From Chlamydia trachomatis (GTDB taxonomy: Bacteria > Chlamydiota > Chlamydiia > Chlamydiales > 2-12-FULL-49-11): a stretch of 64,000 nt of DNA. Of the stretch, positions 1 through 9,607 are shown in pieces. The position numbers were made by a program, and so were the translations under genes. Under the pieces are notes generated by a model. It saw only the letters and a program-made list of their open reading frames with translations. It did not search any database and was not told where the DNA came from. Positions within the stretch are counted from its first letter, which is position 1. Every line of letters starts with the position of its first letter. The stretch covers positions 2,420 to 66,419 of the forward strand of contig CAMBZN010000009.1 of assembly GCA_945872565.1 (NCBI GenBank), in the 5' to 3' direction.

Positions 1-883
1 CTGTGGGAAATTGGTATGTAACGTTAAGGACATTTTTATCCGACATAACAATATTTTCTACCCATAATTTTTCTGTTTTAGGATCCTTTACATAGGAAAA
101 TAAGGAAGTAGGGAATCCTTCTTTTTCCATTTTAATTAAGTGGCACCTATTCATCATTGCAAGCCCAGAGTAAAAGAGCTCTTTCCCATCGCTTCCAAGA
201 GCTTTGATTTTAAACTGCGGATAATCCCGAGTTTGAAATAAATTGATGCTTGAAAATGCATTTGTAACAGTTAAAAATTTTTCTCCAAGATAAGTGTACT
301 TTGTTACATGCCCAGAGGAAGAAATTTCTTCTTCTAAGACATATTCAGATCCAATCCCCTTTTTCACCCCAAAAAACCGGCCGATCCTGCCTGACAAAGG
401 CTTAGTCATTTTGTATCTTCTTTTTCCCCCATCAGCTAAATATAAAACAGCAGCCTTGTTTTTTCTATCAATATCCAATCTATTGTTGAGGGGATTTTCC
501 CGATAATTCATTGCTTGTGATTTTTGGTTTTCTTCTCCTTCCGGGTGCATTTCTAAAATATGACGATTAGATTTTTTAAAAACGTAGTTGATTAAACTGC
601 CGTCTGATTCCATAATTTTTGCTCCAGGGCAATCTTCATCTACATAAATGTGTGTATGAGAGAAAAAATTCCATCCTTCAGTGAAATTCCATTTTGGATG
701 CCCTTCTCTAGTTGTATATGCTGAGTTGTAGCTTCTACAAATTGAAAGGGGGATGCCCCCATTTACTTTGTGGTCTTCAAAACTAAGCTGAAGCTTTCCA
801 GAAATTACATTCACATGATTCACAATTTCTGATGAGAAAAGATTACTACAAAGAATAAAGACTATTAGATAAAATCTTTTCAT
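1..883 (-). CDS. Rhs/YD-repeat protein, N-terminal part (runs off the window start); signal peptide plus DUF6531-like region
   Basis: Not in the ORF track. Manual translation from ATG at 883 is open to position 1: MKRFYLIVFILCSNLFS-SEIVNHVNVISGKLQLSFEDHKVNGGIPLSICRSYNS...GWNFFSH...LEEEISSSGHVTKYTY. VNVISG, PLxIxRSY and GW match Rhs N-terminal motifs; GAGG lies upstream. Confidence 0.75.
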   Translation of the reverse strand, partial: MKRFYLIVFILCSNLFSSEIVNHVNVISGKLQLSFEDHKVNGGIPLSICRSYNSAYTTREGHPKWNFTEGWNFFSHTHIYVDEDCPGAKIMESDGSLINYVFKKSNRHILEMHPEGEENQKSQAMNYRENPLNNRLDIDRKNKAAVLYLADGGKRRYKMTKPLSGRIGRFFGVKKGIGSEYVLEEEISSSGHVTKYTYLGEKFLTVTNAFSSINLFQTRDYPQFKIKALGSDGKELFYSGLAMMNRCHLIKMEKEGFPTSLFSYVKDPKTEKLWVENIVMSDKNVLNVTYQFPT

Positions 884-1061
884 AAACCTCAAACACTTTT
901 TAAGATAAGTAAAAAGATTTTATAGATGTACAGATATTATTTGTCCAGAAATACTTCCGCCGATTGTAATTTGAAGTGCACGTATTGAATTAAAAAAAAG
1001 AGGTAGAAATAAATAAAGCAATCAACCATGCTGTCTGCTTCTTTTAACAAAAGAGGATCTC

Positions 1062-1772
1062 TTGAAAATTGTTTGTATCATTCCTGCAAGACTTGATTCC
1101 AATAGGTTCCCAAGAAAAATATTTGCAAAACTGAGCGGTAAAACCCTTCTCGAAAATGTCATAGAAAGCGCTAAAAAGGTAACGCTTTTTGACCGGGTCA
1201 TTGTGGCCGGGTGCAGCCAGGAAGTAGTAGATGTCGCTTTCGCCCATGGAGTTGAGGGCGTTCTTACCGATCCAATGATCCCTAATGGAACTATCAGAAT
1301 CATTTCAGCCATAGAAAAACTGGCCATAAAGGGAGATATTTTTGTTAACTGGCAGGCAGATGAGCCGTTTATCACAGAGGAGTTGATAGAAACCTTACTT
1401 CAAGTAAATGATCATTCTGACGCATTCACTCTAAAGAAAAAAATTGACAAAGAGAGCGCCTCTGATCCTAATATCGTTAAAGTAGTTACTGATCTATCAG
1501 GCAAGGCTTTGTACTTTTCTCGCGCTCCCATCCCCTATCAAAGGGGGAAAGAGGCCGATTATTATAAACATATTGGATTATATGCTTTTACTTCCAGAGC
1601 TTTAGATATAATAAAAACTTTAAAACAAGCTCCTTTAGAGGAATGCGAAGTGCTTGAGCAACTCCGCTGGCTTGAACATGGAATGAATATTCAAGTTTCT
1701 TGTTCTCAATTGGATGTGATGGGCATTGATACTCAAGAGGATCTGGTGAAAGCAAATAATAGAACAGTTTAA
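1062..1772 (+). CDS. kdsB: 3-deoxy-manno-octulosonate cytidylyltransferase
   Basis: IIPARLDSNRFPRK, NWQADEP, VKVV, ALYFSRAPIP, KHIGLYAF, LEQLRWLE, GIDT motifs. Confidence 0.95.
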   Translation: MKIVCIIPARLDSNRFPRKIFAKLSGKTLLENVIESAKKVTLFDRVIVAGCSQEVVDVAFAHGVEGVLTDPMIPNGTIRIISAIEKLAIKGDIFVNWQADEPFITEELIETLLQVNDHSDAFTLKKKIDKESASDPNIVKVVTDLSGKALYFSRAPIPYQRGKEADYYKHIGLYAFTSRALDIIKTLKQAPLEECEVLEQLRWLEHGMNIQVSCSQLDVMGIDTQEDLVKANNRTV

Positions 1773-1900
1773 AGTGTATTGTTTTATTTCTTTTAACTCT
1801 TTAATCATGATATAATTTAATAAAAATCGATTTTATTTAGAATTTCATTCAATGCGTGCGCGTTCAATTACAATAGGCGCATAAACAAAAGGGTGTTTTA

Positions 1901-2731
1901 ATGTTCGAAATAAGTAAAGAGTTTTGGGTGGCCTCCACTAGGGTGGACAAAAGTTTTGATCATCAAGGCAGTCCATATAAAGGTAGTATTGATCGCTCCA
2001 ATTTAGGCAGAGATGAATATTTCTCGGCGGACAAATGCCTCAAATCTGAAAATAGCACTACCTATACCCGCAGAAAACTAATCACTGGAACTCTTCCAGA
2101 AAGCAAGGAAGGACTTTTGGAAGAAAGCTTCGTTGCAGCGGTTTATACTTTTGAAGGGAGGCAGTATATATACGCTAAGGGGCGTACTAAAGACATTCCT
2201 TTAGAGTGGATAAAGTCGGTTGGTATGCTAATTGGAAACATCGTTTGGAATCTATTGATTAATTGTATTGGAATATTGGTTCTTAAATTGCTAGTTGTTT
2301 GCGGGGTTCGATTCGAATCAGAATTCGCCAAAGCAATTAATCGTATGTGGGATAGCGGAACACCCTGGAAGTCATTGATTGCGCTAGTTATACAAATTGT
2401 TATCAACCTACTTTCTATTATTTCTTTAGGTTTGTTCTCTACAGAATTGAATCGAGTATCAGGGTATGTAGAAATGAAAACATTAGGGGATGAGCGCTCA
2501 GAGCTTACTAGAGGCAAAAGATTTTACAATAAAAGCTATTTTGCAAGGTGCCAGCAGCCTTTTTTCAAGATTCTTGAAGGCAAGAAAATAGATCTAACGT
2601 TGAAAGATGAGTCGATGAATATCATTCCTATGATTTCACCTGATCAACGAAGAGATGCTGTAGGAGGGTTTCTGGTGTTCGACAAATTCAAAGCCGTGCC
2701 TATTGAGTACACAAATTTTAAAAATGATTAG
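1901..2731 (+). CDS. hypothetical membrane protein, candidate effector
   Basis: 276-aa ORF with two long hydrophobic segments; no family recognised. Confidence 0.6.
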   Translation: MFEISKEFWVASTRVDKSFDHQGSPYKGSIDRSNLGRDEYFSADKCLKSENSTTYTRRKLITGTLPESKEGLLEESFVAAVYTFEGRQYIYAKGRTKDIPLEWIKSVGMLIGNIVWNLLINCIGILVLKLLVVCGVRFESEFAKAINRMWDSGTPWKSLIALVIQIVINLLSIISLGLFSTELNRVSGYVEMKTLGDERSELTRGKRFYNKSYFARCQQPFFKILEGKKIDLTLKDESMNIIPMISPDQRRDAVGGFLVFDKFKAVPIEYTNFKND

Positions 2732-2795
2732 GCGATTTTAGAGTTGAGGGTTATCTATAGAACCTTTATAATGCTTATTAACCAATGAGCATGCA

Positions 2796-4235
2796 ATGTC
2801 TACCGAAGAAATGTTAAATGAAAGGGCTGAGTATAAGTACGGATTCCGTACTGAAGTTGAGTCAGATGTTTTTCCCAAAGGACTTTCTGAAGAGGTGATT
2901 CGAAAGATTTCTGAAATTAAGGAGGAACCCAAGTGGCTCTTACAGTTCCGTCTAAAAGCATATAAAAAATTTTTAGAAATGAAACCGCCCAGGTGGTCTA
3001 ACACAACTTTCCCTGAGATTGATTTTCAAGATATCTCTTATTACTCAGCTCCAAAAAACAAACCCTCTCTTGCAAGCCTTGATCAGGTAGATCCAGAAAT
3101 TCTACGCACCTTTGAAAAATTAGGAATCCCTCTAGAGGAGCAAAAAAGACTATCAAATGTTGCAATGGATGTTATTTTTGACTCTGTTTCTCTGGGAACA
3201 ACATTTCATAAAGTGCTTGTTGATGCAGGTGTAGTCCTCTGCTCTATCTCTGAAGCTGTTAAAAAATATCCAGAATTAATAGAAAAATATTTAGGAAGTG
3301 TTGTGCCCATAGGGGATAATTACTATGCTGCGCTCAATTCTTGTGTATTTTCTGACGGTTCATTTGTTTATGTACCTGAAGGGGTTAGATGTCCAATTGA
3401 GCTCTCTACCTACTTTAGGATTAATGAAAAAGAAACAGGGCAATTTGAAAGGACATTGATCATTGCTGAAAAAGGCTCTTACGTAAGCTACCTTGAGGGG
3501 TGTACAGCCCCTGCATATGATAAGAACCAATTGCATGCAGCAGTTGTAGAGCTTTTTGTAGAGGATCATGCGGAAATTAAATATTCGACAGTGCAAAACT
3601 GGTATAGCGGAGACCCAAAAACTGGAAAAGGGGGAATTTATAACTTTGTTACAAAAAGGGGTCGCTGCAAGGGGTTTAAGTCCAAAATTTCATGGGCTCA
3701 AGTAGAGGCAGGGGCGGCAATCACTTGGAAATACCCTGGATGTATTTTGGAAGGGGATGAATCTGTTGGAGAATTCTATTCTGTTGCTCTAACAACTGGT
3801 TTTATGCAAGCAGACACTGGGACAAAAATGGTCCATAAAGGGAAAAATACCTCTTCTACCATTATTTCTAAAGGAATCTCTGCCGACTGCTCACATAATA
3901 GTTATCGAGGGCTAGTTCATGTCTCAAAAGGTGCAAAAAACGCTAGAAACTATACCCAATGCGACTCTATGCTTGTGGGTAATAGCTGCAGTGCAAATAC
4001 ATTCCCCTATATTGAAGTACATAATCCTTCAGCAAGCATAGAACACGAAGCTTCTACATCAAAGATGAACGAGGAACAACTCTTTTACTTAGAATCAAGG
4101 GGGATAACAAGAGAAAATGCAATCAATATGGTTGTAAATGGATTTTGCAAAGATGTGATTGCAAAATTACCGTTAGAATTTGCTGTTGAGGCGGAAAAAC
4201 TATTAACATTAAAGCTCGAACACTCAGTAGGATAA
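2796..4235 (+). CDS. sufB: Fe-S cluster assembly protein SufB
   Basis: [50 protein letters not shown]. Confidence 0.98.
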   Translation: MSTEEMLNERAEYKYGFRTEVESDVFPKGLSEEVIRKISEIKEEPKWLLQFRLKAYKKFLEMKPPRWSNTTFPEIDFQDISYYSAPKNKPSLASLDQVDPEILRTFEKLGIPLEEQKRLSNVAMDVIFDSVSLGTTFHKVLVDAGVVLCSISEAVKKYPELIEKYLGSVVPIGDNYYAALNSCVFSDGSFVYVPEGVRCPIELSTYFRINEKETGQFERTLIIAEKGSYVSYLEGCTAPAYDKNQLHAAVVELFVEDHAEIKYSTVQNWYSGDPKTGKGGIYNFVTKRGRCKGFKSKISWAQVEAGAAITWKYPGCILEGDESVGEFYSVALTTGFMQADTGTKMVHKGKNTSSTIISKGISADCSHNSYRGLVHVSKGAKNARNYTQCDSMLVGNSCSANTFPYIEVHNPSASIEHEASTSKMNEEQLFYLESRGITRENAINMVVNGFCKDVIAKLPLEFAVEAEKLLTLKLEHSVG

Positions 4236-4238
4236 ACT

Positions 4239-4958
4239 ATGCTAGAACTAAAAAATATAAAGGCCAGTGCCTCCGATATCGAAATTTTAAATGATCTCTC
4301 CTTGAAGCTTGAAGCTGGGAAAGTCTATGCGATTATGGGCCCTAATGGAGCGGGAAAATCAACTCTCTCCAAAGCAATATCTGGCCACCCCTCCTATGAA
4401 GTTACTGGATCAATTCTATTTGAAGGAGAAGATATTTCAGAACTTGGCCCCGATGAGAGGGCAAAAAAGGGGTTGTTTGTAAGTTTTCAGTATCCCATTG
4501 AAATCCCAGGACTGACCTTTATTGATTTTTTACATGCAGCCTATACCGCTCAAACGGGAGAAATAGACAGGGGGACATTTAGAAAAAAGGTAGAGAGGGT
4601 TGCTGAAGAAATGGAGGTGGATTTTGCTTTTTTAGACAGAGGCTTAAATGAGGGGTGCTCTGGTGGAGAGAAGAAAAAAAACGAAATTTTACAGATGAAA
4701 GTATTAAACCCCAAATGTGTGATCCTTGATGAAACAGATTCAGGGCTGGATATTGATGCATTAAAAGTAGTGGCAGATGGGGTCAACTCTTTTAAAGGGC
4801 AGGGAAATTGCGTTCTAATGATTACACATTATCAAAGGCTGCTTGATTACATTCAACCTGATGTTGTCTTTGTAATGAAAGGGGGAAAAATTGTAAAAAC
4901 CGGCGATAAACATTTGGCTTTAGAGTTAGAAGCAAAGGGGTATAGTCAATGTTTTTAG
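4239..4958 (+). CDS. sufC: Fe-S cluster assembly ATPase SufC
   Basis: GPNGAGKST Walker A, SGGEKKKNE, ILDETDSGLDID, ITHYQRLL. Confidence 0.98.
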   Translation: MLELKNIKASASDIEILNDLSLKLEAGKVYAIMGPNGAGKSTLSKAISGHPSYEVTGSILFEGEDISELGPDERAKKGLFVSFQYPIEIPGLTFIDFLHAAYTAQTGEIDRGTFRKKVERVAEEMEVDFAFLDRGLNEGCSGGEKKKNEILQMKVLNPKCVILDETDSGLDIDALKVVADGVNSFKGQGNCVLMITHYQRLLDYIQPDVVFVMKGGKIVKTGDKHLALELEAKGYSQCF

Positions 4959-6094
4959 AGCTCCTTGAAGATTTTCCCCAAAAGTTGGATGGTTTAGATT
5001 TCCAACGGCAAGCGCGTGAAAAGGCTTTGAAGGTGGGATTTCCTACAAAAAAGACCGAAAAATATAAATATTTTCCTGTTCAAAACTTGAGTAACGGCTC
5101 GTTTACCTATTCTATGGAGGGGATGGAATGCTCTGTTCAGGCAGAAGGGGTAGAGGTGCTGCCGCTTTCTCTGGCGCTTGAAAAATATGGCCTAGTTGTC
5201 CGAAATCGATTTGAAAAAATGCTTGCAAAAGAGGAGAGTTTTTTCGCCTTACTCAATAAGGGTTGCAGCAATGAGCCTCTTTGTCTGTTTGTCAATCAAT
5301 CCACCAGTTTGATCACAATCAAGCATAGGTTTGAAAATAGCGGGCGATTATTTTGCCAGGGGCTTCAGATTTTTGTGGCAAAAGGGGTAGAAACCTCTTT
5401 TCACCATGCCATCGAAGTGAAGGGAACAGGAAATTGCATCAATTGTTCTGTAGACGTTGCAGTAGAAAAAAATGCAAGGGTGATATTTTATCAAACCACT
5501 TCATCCGACGCGGATAATACATTTCTTCTAGATACAAAGGTCACAGTCAAAGCAAACGGCTCGTTCTCCCATAAAAGTGCAGCAGCTGGATCAGACTTAT
5601 TTAGAAATGAAATTTTTGCATACCTGTTAGAAAAGGGGGCAAATTGTGACTTGCTTGGATTTTGGAATGGATCAGCTCGAGCAAACATCTCAACCCTTGC
5701 CCATATTTCGCACATGGCAGAAAACACCACTTCAAGACAGCACTACCAGGGGGCAAGTGATCAAAAAGCAAGGGCAAGTTTTGAGGGTCAAATTTATGTA
5801 GATAAAGTTGCTCAAAAGACAGATAGTTACCAGCTTTCTAAACATCTTCTCATCGGAGAAGATTCTAAAGGCTTTTCTAAACCAAACCTAGAGGTCTTTG
5901 CCGATGATGTAAAAGCATCCCATGGTGCGACAGTTTCTATGTTGGATGAGGAGTCGCTATTTTATTTAACCTCCCGAGGAATCGCTAAACAAACAGCAGA
6001 AGCGCTATTAAAGCGGTCTTTTTTAACCTTTTTTCTCGATGAAATTAAAGAAGAAGGGGTGCATAAATCTTTTACGGGAATGATAGAAGGATGA
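4949..6094 (+). CDS. sufD: Fe-S cluster assembly protein SufD
   Basis: FPTKKTEKYKY, AQKTDSYQ, KPNLEVFADDVKASHGATV, FYLTSRGI; operon position. Confidence 0.93.
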   Translation: MFLELLEDFPQKLDGLDFQRQAREKALKVGFPTKKTEKYKYFPVQNLSNGSFTYSMEGMECSVQAEGVEVLPLSLALEKYGLVVRNRFEKMLAKEESFFALLNKGCSNEPLCLFVNQSTSLITIKHRFENSGRLFCQGLQIFVAKGVETSFHHAIEVKGTGNCINCSVDVAVEKNARVIFYQTTSSDADNTFLLDTKVTVKANGSFSHKSAAAGSDLFRNEIFAYLLEKGANCDLLGFWNGSARANISTLAHISHMAENTTSRQHYQGASDQKARASFEGQIYVDKVAQKTDSYQLSKHLLIGEDSKGFSKPNLEVFADDVKASHGATVSMLDEESLFYLTSRGIAKQTAEALLKRSFLTFFLDEIKEEGVHKSFTGMIEG

Positions 6095-7269
6095 AAGAAA
6101 AATTTCCAATATTTACTAAAAAAACCGAGCTCATTTATCTTGATTCTGCCGCAACAACACATAAGCCAGCAATTGTTATTGATGCCATCACAAAGTTTTA
6201 TTCTGAAGAATATGCAACAGTCCATCGGGGCTTTTATGCAGATGCATTAGATGCAACAAACCGCCTAGAGGATGTGCGCAGCAAGGTGGCAAAATTCCTA
6301 ACATGTGAGCCTTGTGAGGTGGTATTCACACATTCGGCTACTGAAAGTTTCAATTTAATTGCCTATTCTTATGGGGAAAAGGTCGTCAAAGAAGGAGATG
6401 AGGTGCTAGTTTCTATTGCAGAGCACCATTCTAATTATCTCCCTTGGAAATTGCTTTGCGATCGAAAAGGGGGGAAACTGATTACCTTTACCGATCTAGA
6501 GGATTTTAAAGGAAAGCTTACACCAAAAACAAAAATTGTTGCAATCACCCATCAGTCAAATGTTCTGGGAATAATCAACCCCCTTAAAGAAATCACAGCT
6601 CTTGCTCATGAAGTTTCTGCGGTAGTAGTAGCTGACGGGGTGCAGATGGTTGCTCATGGGCATGTAAATGTAAAAGAATTAGATGTGGATTTTTATACTT
6701 TTTCAGCCCATAAAATGTATGGACCTACAGGGGTGGGAGTGCTTTTTGGCAAAGCGGCTCTGCTAGAGGCGATGGATCCATTTCACGGAGGTGGGGGAAT
6801 GGTAGAGAGGGTTGATGAGCAGATTACTTATCGAAAAATACCGCATAAATTCGAGGCAGGAACGCCTATGATTGCCTCTATTTTAGGTCTTGGAGCAGCA
6901 ATTGATTTTATCACAGACATCGGTTTTGAAAAGATTAAAGCACATGAAAGCGCCCTTTCATGTTCTCTTTATGACTCTTTAAATGGATTGGTAACGTTTG
7001 TTAATCCCGCCTGTCAAGGAGCTTCAATTGTTGCTTTTACGATGAAGGGGATGCATCCTCTTGATATTGGGACACTTTTATCTTTAGATAATATTTCTGT
7101 AAGAGTGGGAAACATGTGCGCTCAGCCGTTATTGCAATGCTTAGGATTAGATTCAGTTGTTAGGGTAAGTCTTGGAATCTACAATGATTCCTCTGATATT
7201 GAGGCCTTAATTTCGTCCCTTTTGTCAATAGACCTCTTTCGAGCAAAGCGAATTTCGAAAAAAGTCTAA
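6091..7269 (+). CDS. sufS: cysteine desulfurase SufS
   Basis: YLDSAAT, EHHSN, FSAHKMYGPTGVG (PLP lysine), FEAGT, CAQP catalytic Cys. Confidence 0.95.
   Translation: MKEKFPIFTKKTELIYLDSAATTHKPAIVIDAITKFYSEEYATVHRGFYADALDATNRLEDVRSKVAKFLTCEPCEVVFTHSATESFNLIAYSYGEKVVKEGDEVLVSIAEHHSNYLPWKLLCDRKGGKLITFTDLEDFKGKLTPKTKIVAITHQSNVLGIINPLKEITALAHEVSAVVVADGVQMVAHGHVNVKELDVDFYTFSAHKMYGPTGVGVLFGKAALLEAMDPFHGGGGMVERVDEQITYRKIPHKFEAGTPMIASILGLGAAIDFITDIGFEKIKAHESALSCSLYDSLNGLVTFVNPACQGASIVAFTMKGMHPLDIGTLLSLDNISVRVGNMCAQPLLQCLGLDSVVRVSLGIYNDSSDIEALISSLLSIDLFRAKRISKKV
7229..7268. repeat. 40-bp TA-flanked palindromic element overlapping the sufS 3' end
   Basis: TAGACCTCTTTCGA (7229-7242) and TCGAAAAAAGTCTA (7255-7268) pair at 12 of 14 positions; same terminus as the element at 41479. 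Confidence 0.55.
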
Positions 7270-7270
7270 T

Positions 7271-7302
7271 AAAAAAAGCCCTGTAATTTCTTACAGAGCT
7301 TT
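7271..7302 (-). terminator. intrinsic terminator between convergent sufS and porin array
   Basis: AAAGCCCTGTAA-TTTC-TTACAGAGCTTT stem, with a U-run on the minus strand. Confidence 0.75.
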
Positions 7303-7323
7303 GGACAAGTTCTTATTTTTATC

Positions 7324-8391
7324 TTACATTGTGTAGGATAATCTAAGATATACTCCGCCGGTATGAAAATCTCCAGCAGTTTGATGTGCTTTTTTATGAA
7401 GTAAATCTTTCCCTCTTTCCATAAAAGACATTACCCCAGCTTCAATTGAAAAGAATGTTTGATCTTCTGTGGTTGGTTTAGACACATAGGATATTCCGAA
7501 TCGATTGTCATTAAAGAAAGCATAGGAACAAGGGTCTAATTTTGAGTTATGGGTTTGTGTTTCTTCATCTGTTAGACCATCTATGGAAGATTTAATTAAT
7601 GAACCGGTAGATGATATTGCTTCAGATCCTTGCCTAAATCTACTTACAATCATAAAAGCTGAGTCTGCTGTTTCATACAAGACAACTCCTGCCTCAACTT
7701 CAGCAAAAAGTCCACCGCCCATTGTTGTCTGTGACCCTGTTTGTTTGTTTGTATTAAAGTTACCTGTATTTTCTATACCAGAAACAGATGTTTGATAGTT
7801 TAAGCAACTATAAGATAGTCCATAGTATGTTTGCAAAAATGTTTTTCTATACTGAAGAGAATATCCCGCTAAACTTACATATACATTTGTCTGTTTATGT
7901 GTTTGGTTATGTGAGATGCTACTATATGCAGATGTTGCATCGCTTTGTGAGAAGATATCATTTAAGAATATTGCAGTATCTTCAGAGGCATGAACAATTG
8001 ATGGATTTGGTGATTTATTATAATGGCTACCTTCGACGCGCAAGAGCAATCCTGCATCTTTAGAGCTAATCACTGTAAAACCAGACAAGGCCATCACAGC
8101 TGTTTTATTCGGATTGATTGATGAGGCTGACGAAAAAGGTGCGCTGCCGTCAGCTACATACCCAAGATGTCCAATGCTAGTAGTCGGCATGGGCTGGATC
8201 CCTGTGACTTCTATACCGGCAGTGTAAGAAAAGTTATTCTCTCCACCGATAGAGTAGTCTATAAAATTGCTACGAATTGTTTGTGGAGTAGTTTCAGCCT
8301 TAGATGTGCTTACTTTAGGCGATGGTGATGCAAATGCTGATGAAGTCATTAGTAGCATCGGTACTAATGCAAACAGCTTTCTCTTTTTCAT
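7324..8391 (-). CDS. divergent outer-membrane beta-barrel protein (MOMP-like)
   Basis: Signal peptide ending SSAFA, amphipathic strands, C-terminal GGVYLRLSYTM; last gene of the porin array with similar length. Confidence 0.6.
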   Translation of the reverse strand: MKKRKLFALVPMLLMTSSAFASPSPKVSTSKAETTPQTIRSNFIDYSIGGENNFSYTAGIEVTGIQPMPTTSIGHLGYVADGSAPFSSASSINPNKTAVMALSGFTVISSKDAGLLLRVEGSHYNKSPNPSIVHASEDTAIFLNDIFSQSDATSAYSSISHNQTHKQTNVYVSLAGYSLQYRKTFLQTYYGLSYSCLNYQTSVSGIENTGNFNTNKQTGSQTTMGGGLFAEVEAGVVLYETADSAFMIVSRFRQGSEAISSTGSLIKSSIDGLTDEETQTHNSKLDPCSYAFFNDNRFGISYVSKPTTEDQTFFSIEAGVMSFMERGKDLLHKKAHQTAGDFHTGGVYLRLSYTM

Positions 8392-8460
8392 TCGGTCTCC
8401 TCGAATTTTTTCTTTATTGTTATATGTAATCTGTTATTTAAATATAGTCAATCATTTAAT

Positions 8461-9519
8461 TTAAAATATAATTCCAAAAGATGCGTTGAGTCCTTGCATG
8501 GAATAATTTCCACGTAACCCCATCAAGTTGCCGCTTGATAAAAATCCCATGTGGTGAAACCATGTTTGTAATTCCCAAGAGAGGTCAAGCAATAGCGATA
8601 AATCTTTTAACTTGTAGTTAAGTTTCATTCCAAGCTGGCAGGCGGTCATGGGCTCAATATTCCACAAGTGGTTCTCATGATTATTTGGGACAGACTCACT
8701 ACCTGGAGTGGTTAATTCAAGAAGACTTTGTTGCTCGTATAAATCTGTTTTGGCAAGATTTAGAGAGCTTGCTGTTTTGAGGAACAGGGATAGTTTGTTC
8801 ATTATTCGATAGGAGAATTCAAGACCTGCATAAGGGCCTATACACCACCAATATAGTTTGTTTGACATAGTAAATAGCTGCAAATCATCGAAAGTGTCTA
8901 ATAGTTGTAAATTTGCATTTAGGCTGGAGGTTTCCCAGCCGCCAATAATACCAGCAAAAGGGGTAAAGATGAAAGTTTGAGTGACAGCAAGACTTCGATC
9001 AATGGTTCCAAGGATGCTATTAAATTGATTGCTAAAACTTGATGAAGCTTCTAATAGAGTTGCAATAGGAGTGCTTATCCAAGGGGAGCTATAGTGATTA
9101 TCTATCTTAAATGAATGGTTGGAAAGGGGGTTTTGATTGTTAAACCACATGTAGCCTATGCACCATCGCCAATGGTCGTAATGGAGGTATTTTTCTGCCT
9201 GTAATTGAAATCCGCTCCTTGCTGAGGTTATCGGTCTGATCATATTGCCTGCTGCAAGAGATGTTGAGGGGGTGATTGGATTGTTGGAATTTGCAATATT
9301 TATCCCATTCATATAGGGCACCCAAAGGGTATAGGAGGCAGAAAATGCAAAAGAAGAATCTTCCCCTGCTCGATAATAGGCAGATGGAACGCTCCTTGCA
9401 AATTCATCCTTTACTTTTCCATGTTCTTCAGGGAAATGATTCCCTTTGATATTACCGCAGTGAAGAGGACAACTGAAAAAAAGGAGGGCAAAAAAGAAAC
9501 TATGGAAAAAACTTTTCAT
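8461..9519 (-). CDS. MOMP-like / Lpg1974-family porin
   Basis: Signal peptide, ASYTLWVPY, SGF, YDHW, WWCIGPYAG, WELQTWF, NYSMQGL, C-terminal F. Confidence 0.85.
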   Translation of the reverse strand: MKSFFHSFFFALLFFSCPLHCGNIKGNHFPEEHGKVKDEFARSVPSAYYRAGEDSSFAFSASYTLWVPYMNGINIANSNNPITPSTSLAAGNMIRPITSARSGFQLQAEKYLHYDHWRWCIGYMWFNNQNPLSNHSFKIDNHYSSPWISTPIATLLEASSSFSNQFNSILGTIDRSLAVTQTFIFTPFAGIIGGWETSSLNANLQLLDTFDDLQLFTMSNKLYWWCIGPYAGLEFSYRIMNKLSLFLKTASSLNLAKTDLYEQQSLLELTTPGSESVPNNHENHLWNIEPMTACQLGMKLNYKLKDLSLLLDLSWELQTWFHHMGFLSSGNLMGLRGNYSMQGLNASFGIIF

Positions 9520-9560
9520 GTCACCTCAAAAGAAAACGTTAAACAGCGGGAGAAGAAAAA

Positions 9561-9589
9561 AGTTTAATTTTTTGTGGATGATTTGTCAA
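9561..9589 (-). promoter_or_regulatory. sigma66/sigma70-type promoter for porin 8461-9519
   Basis: TTGACA-N17-TAAACT on the minus strand. Confidence 0.65.
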
Positions 9590-9607
9590 CAAATACTTTG
9601 GTTTTTT

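Noticed and set aside
294-506. This and the many other short track ORFs antisense to or nested within long genes
   Set aside because: Shadow ORFs of well-supported genes, with no motifs or RBS.
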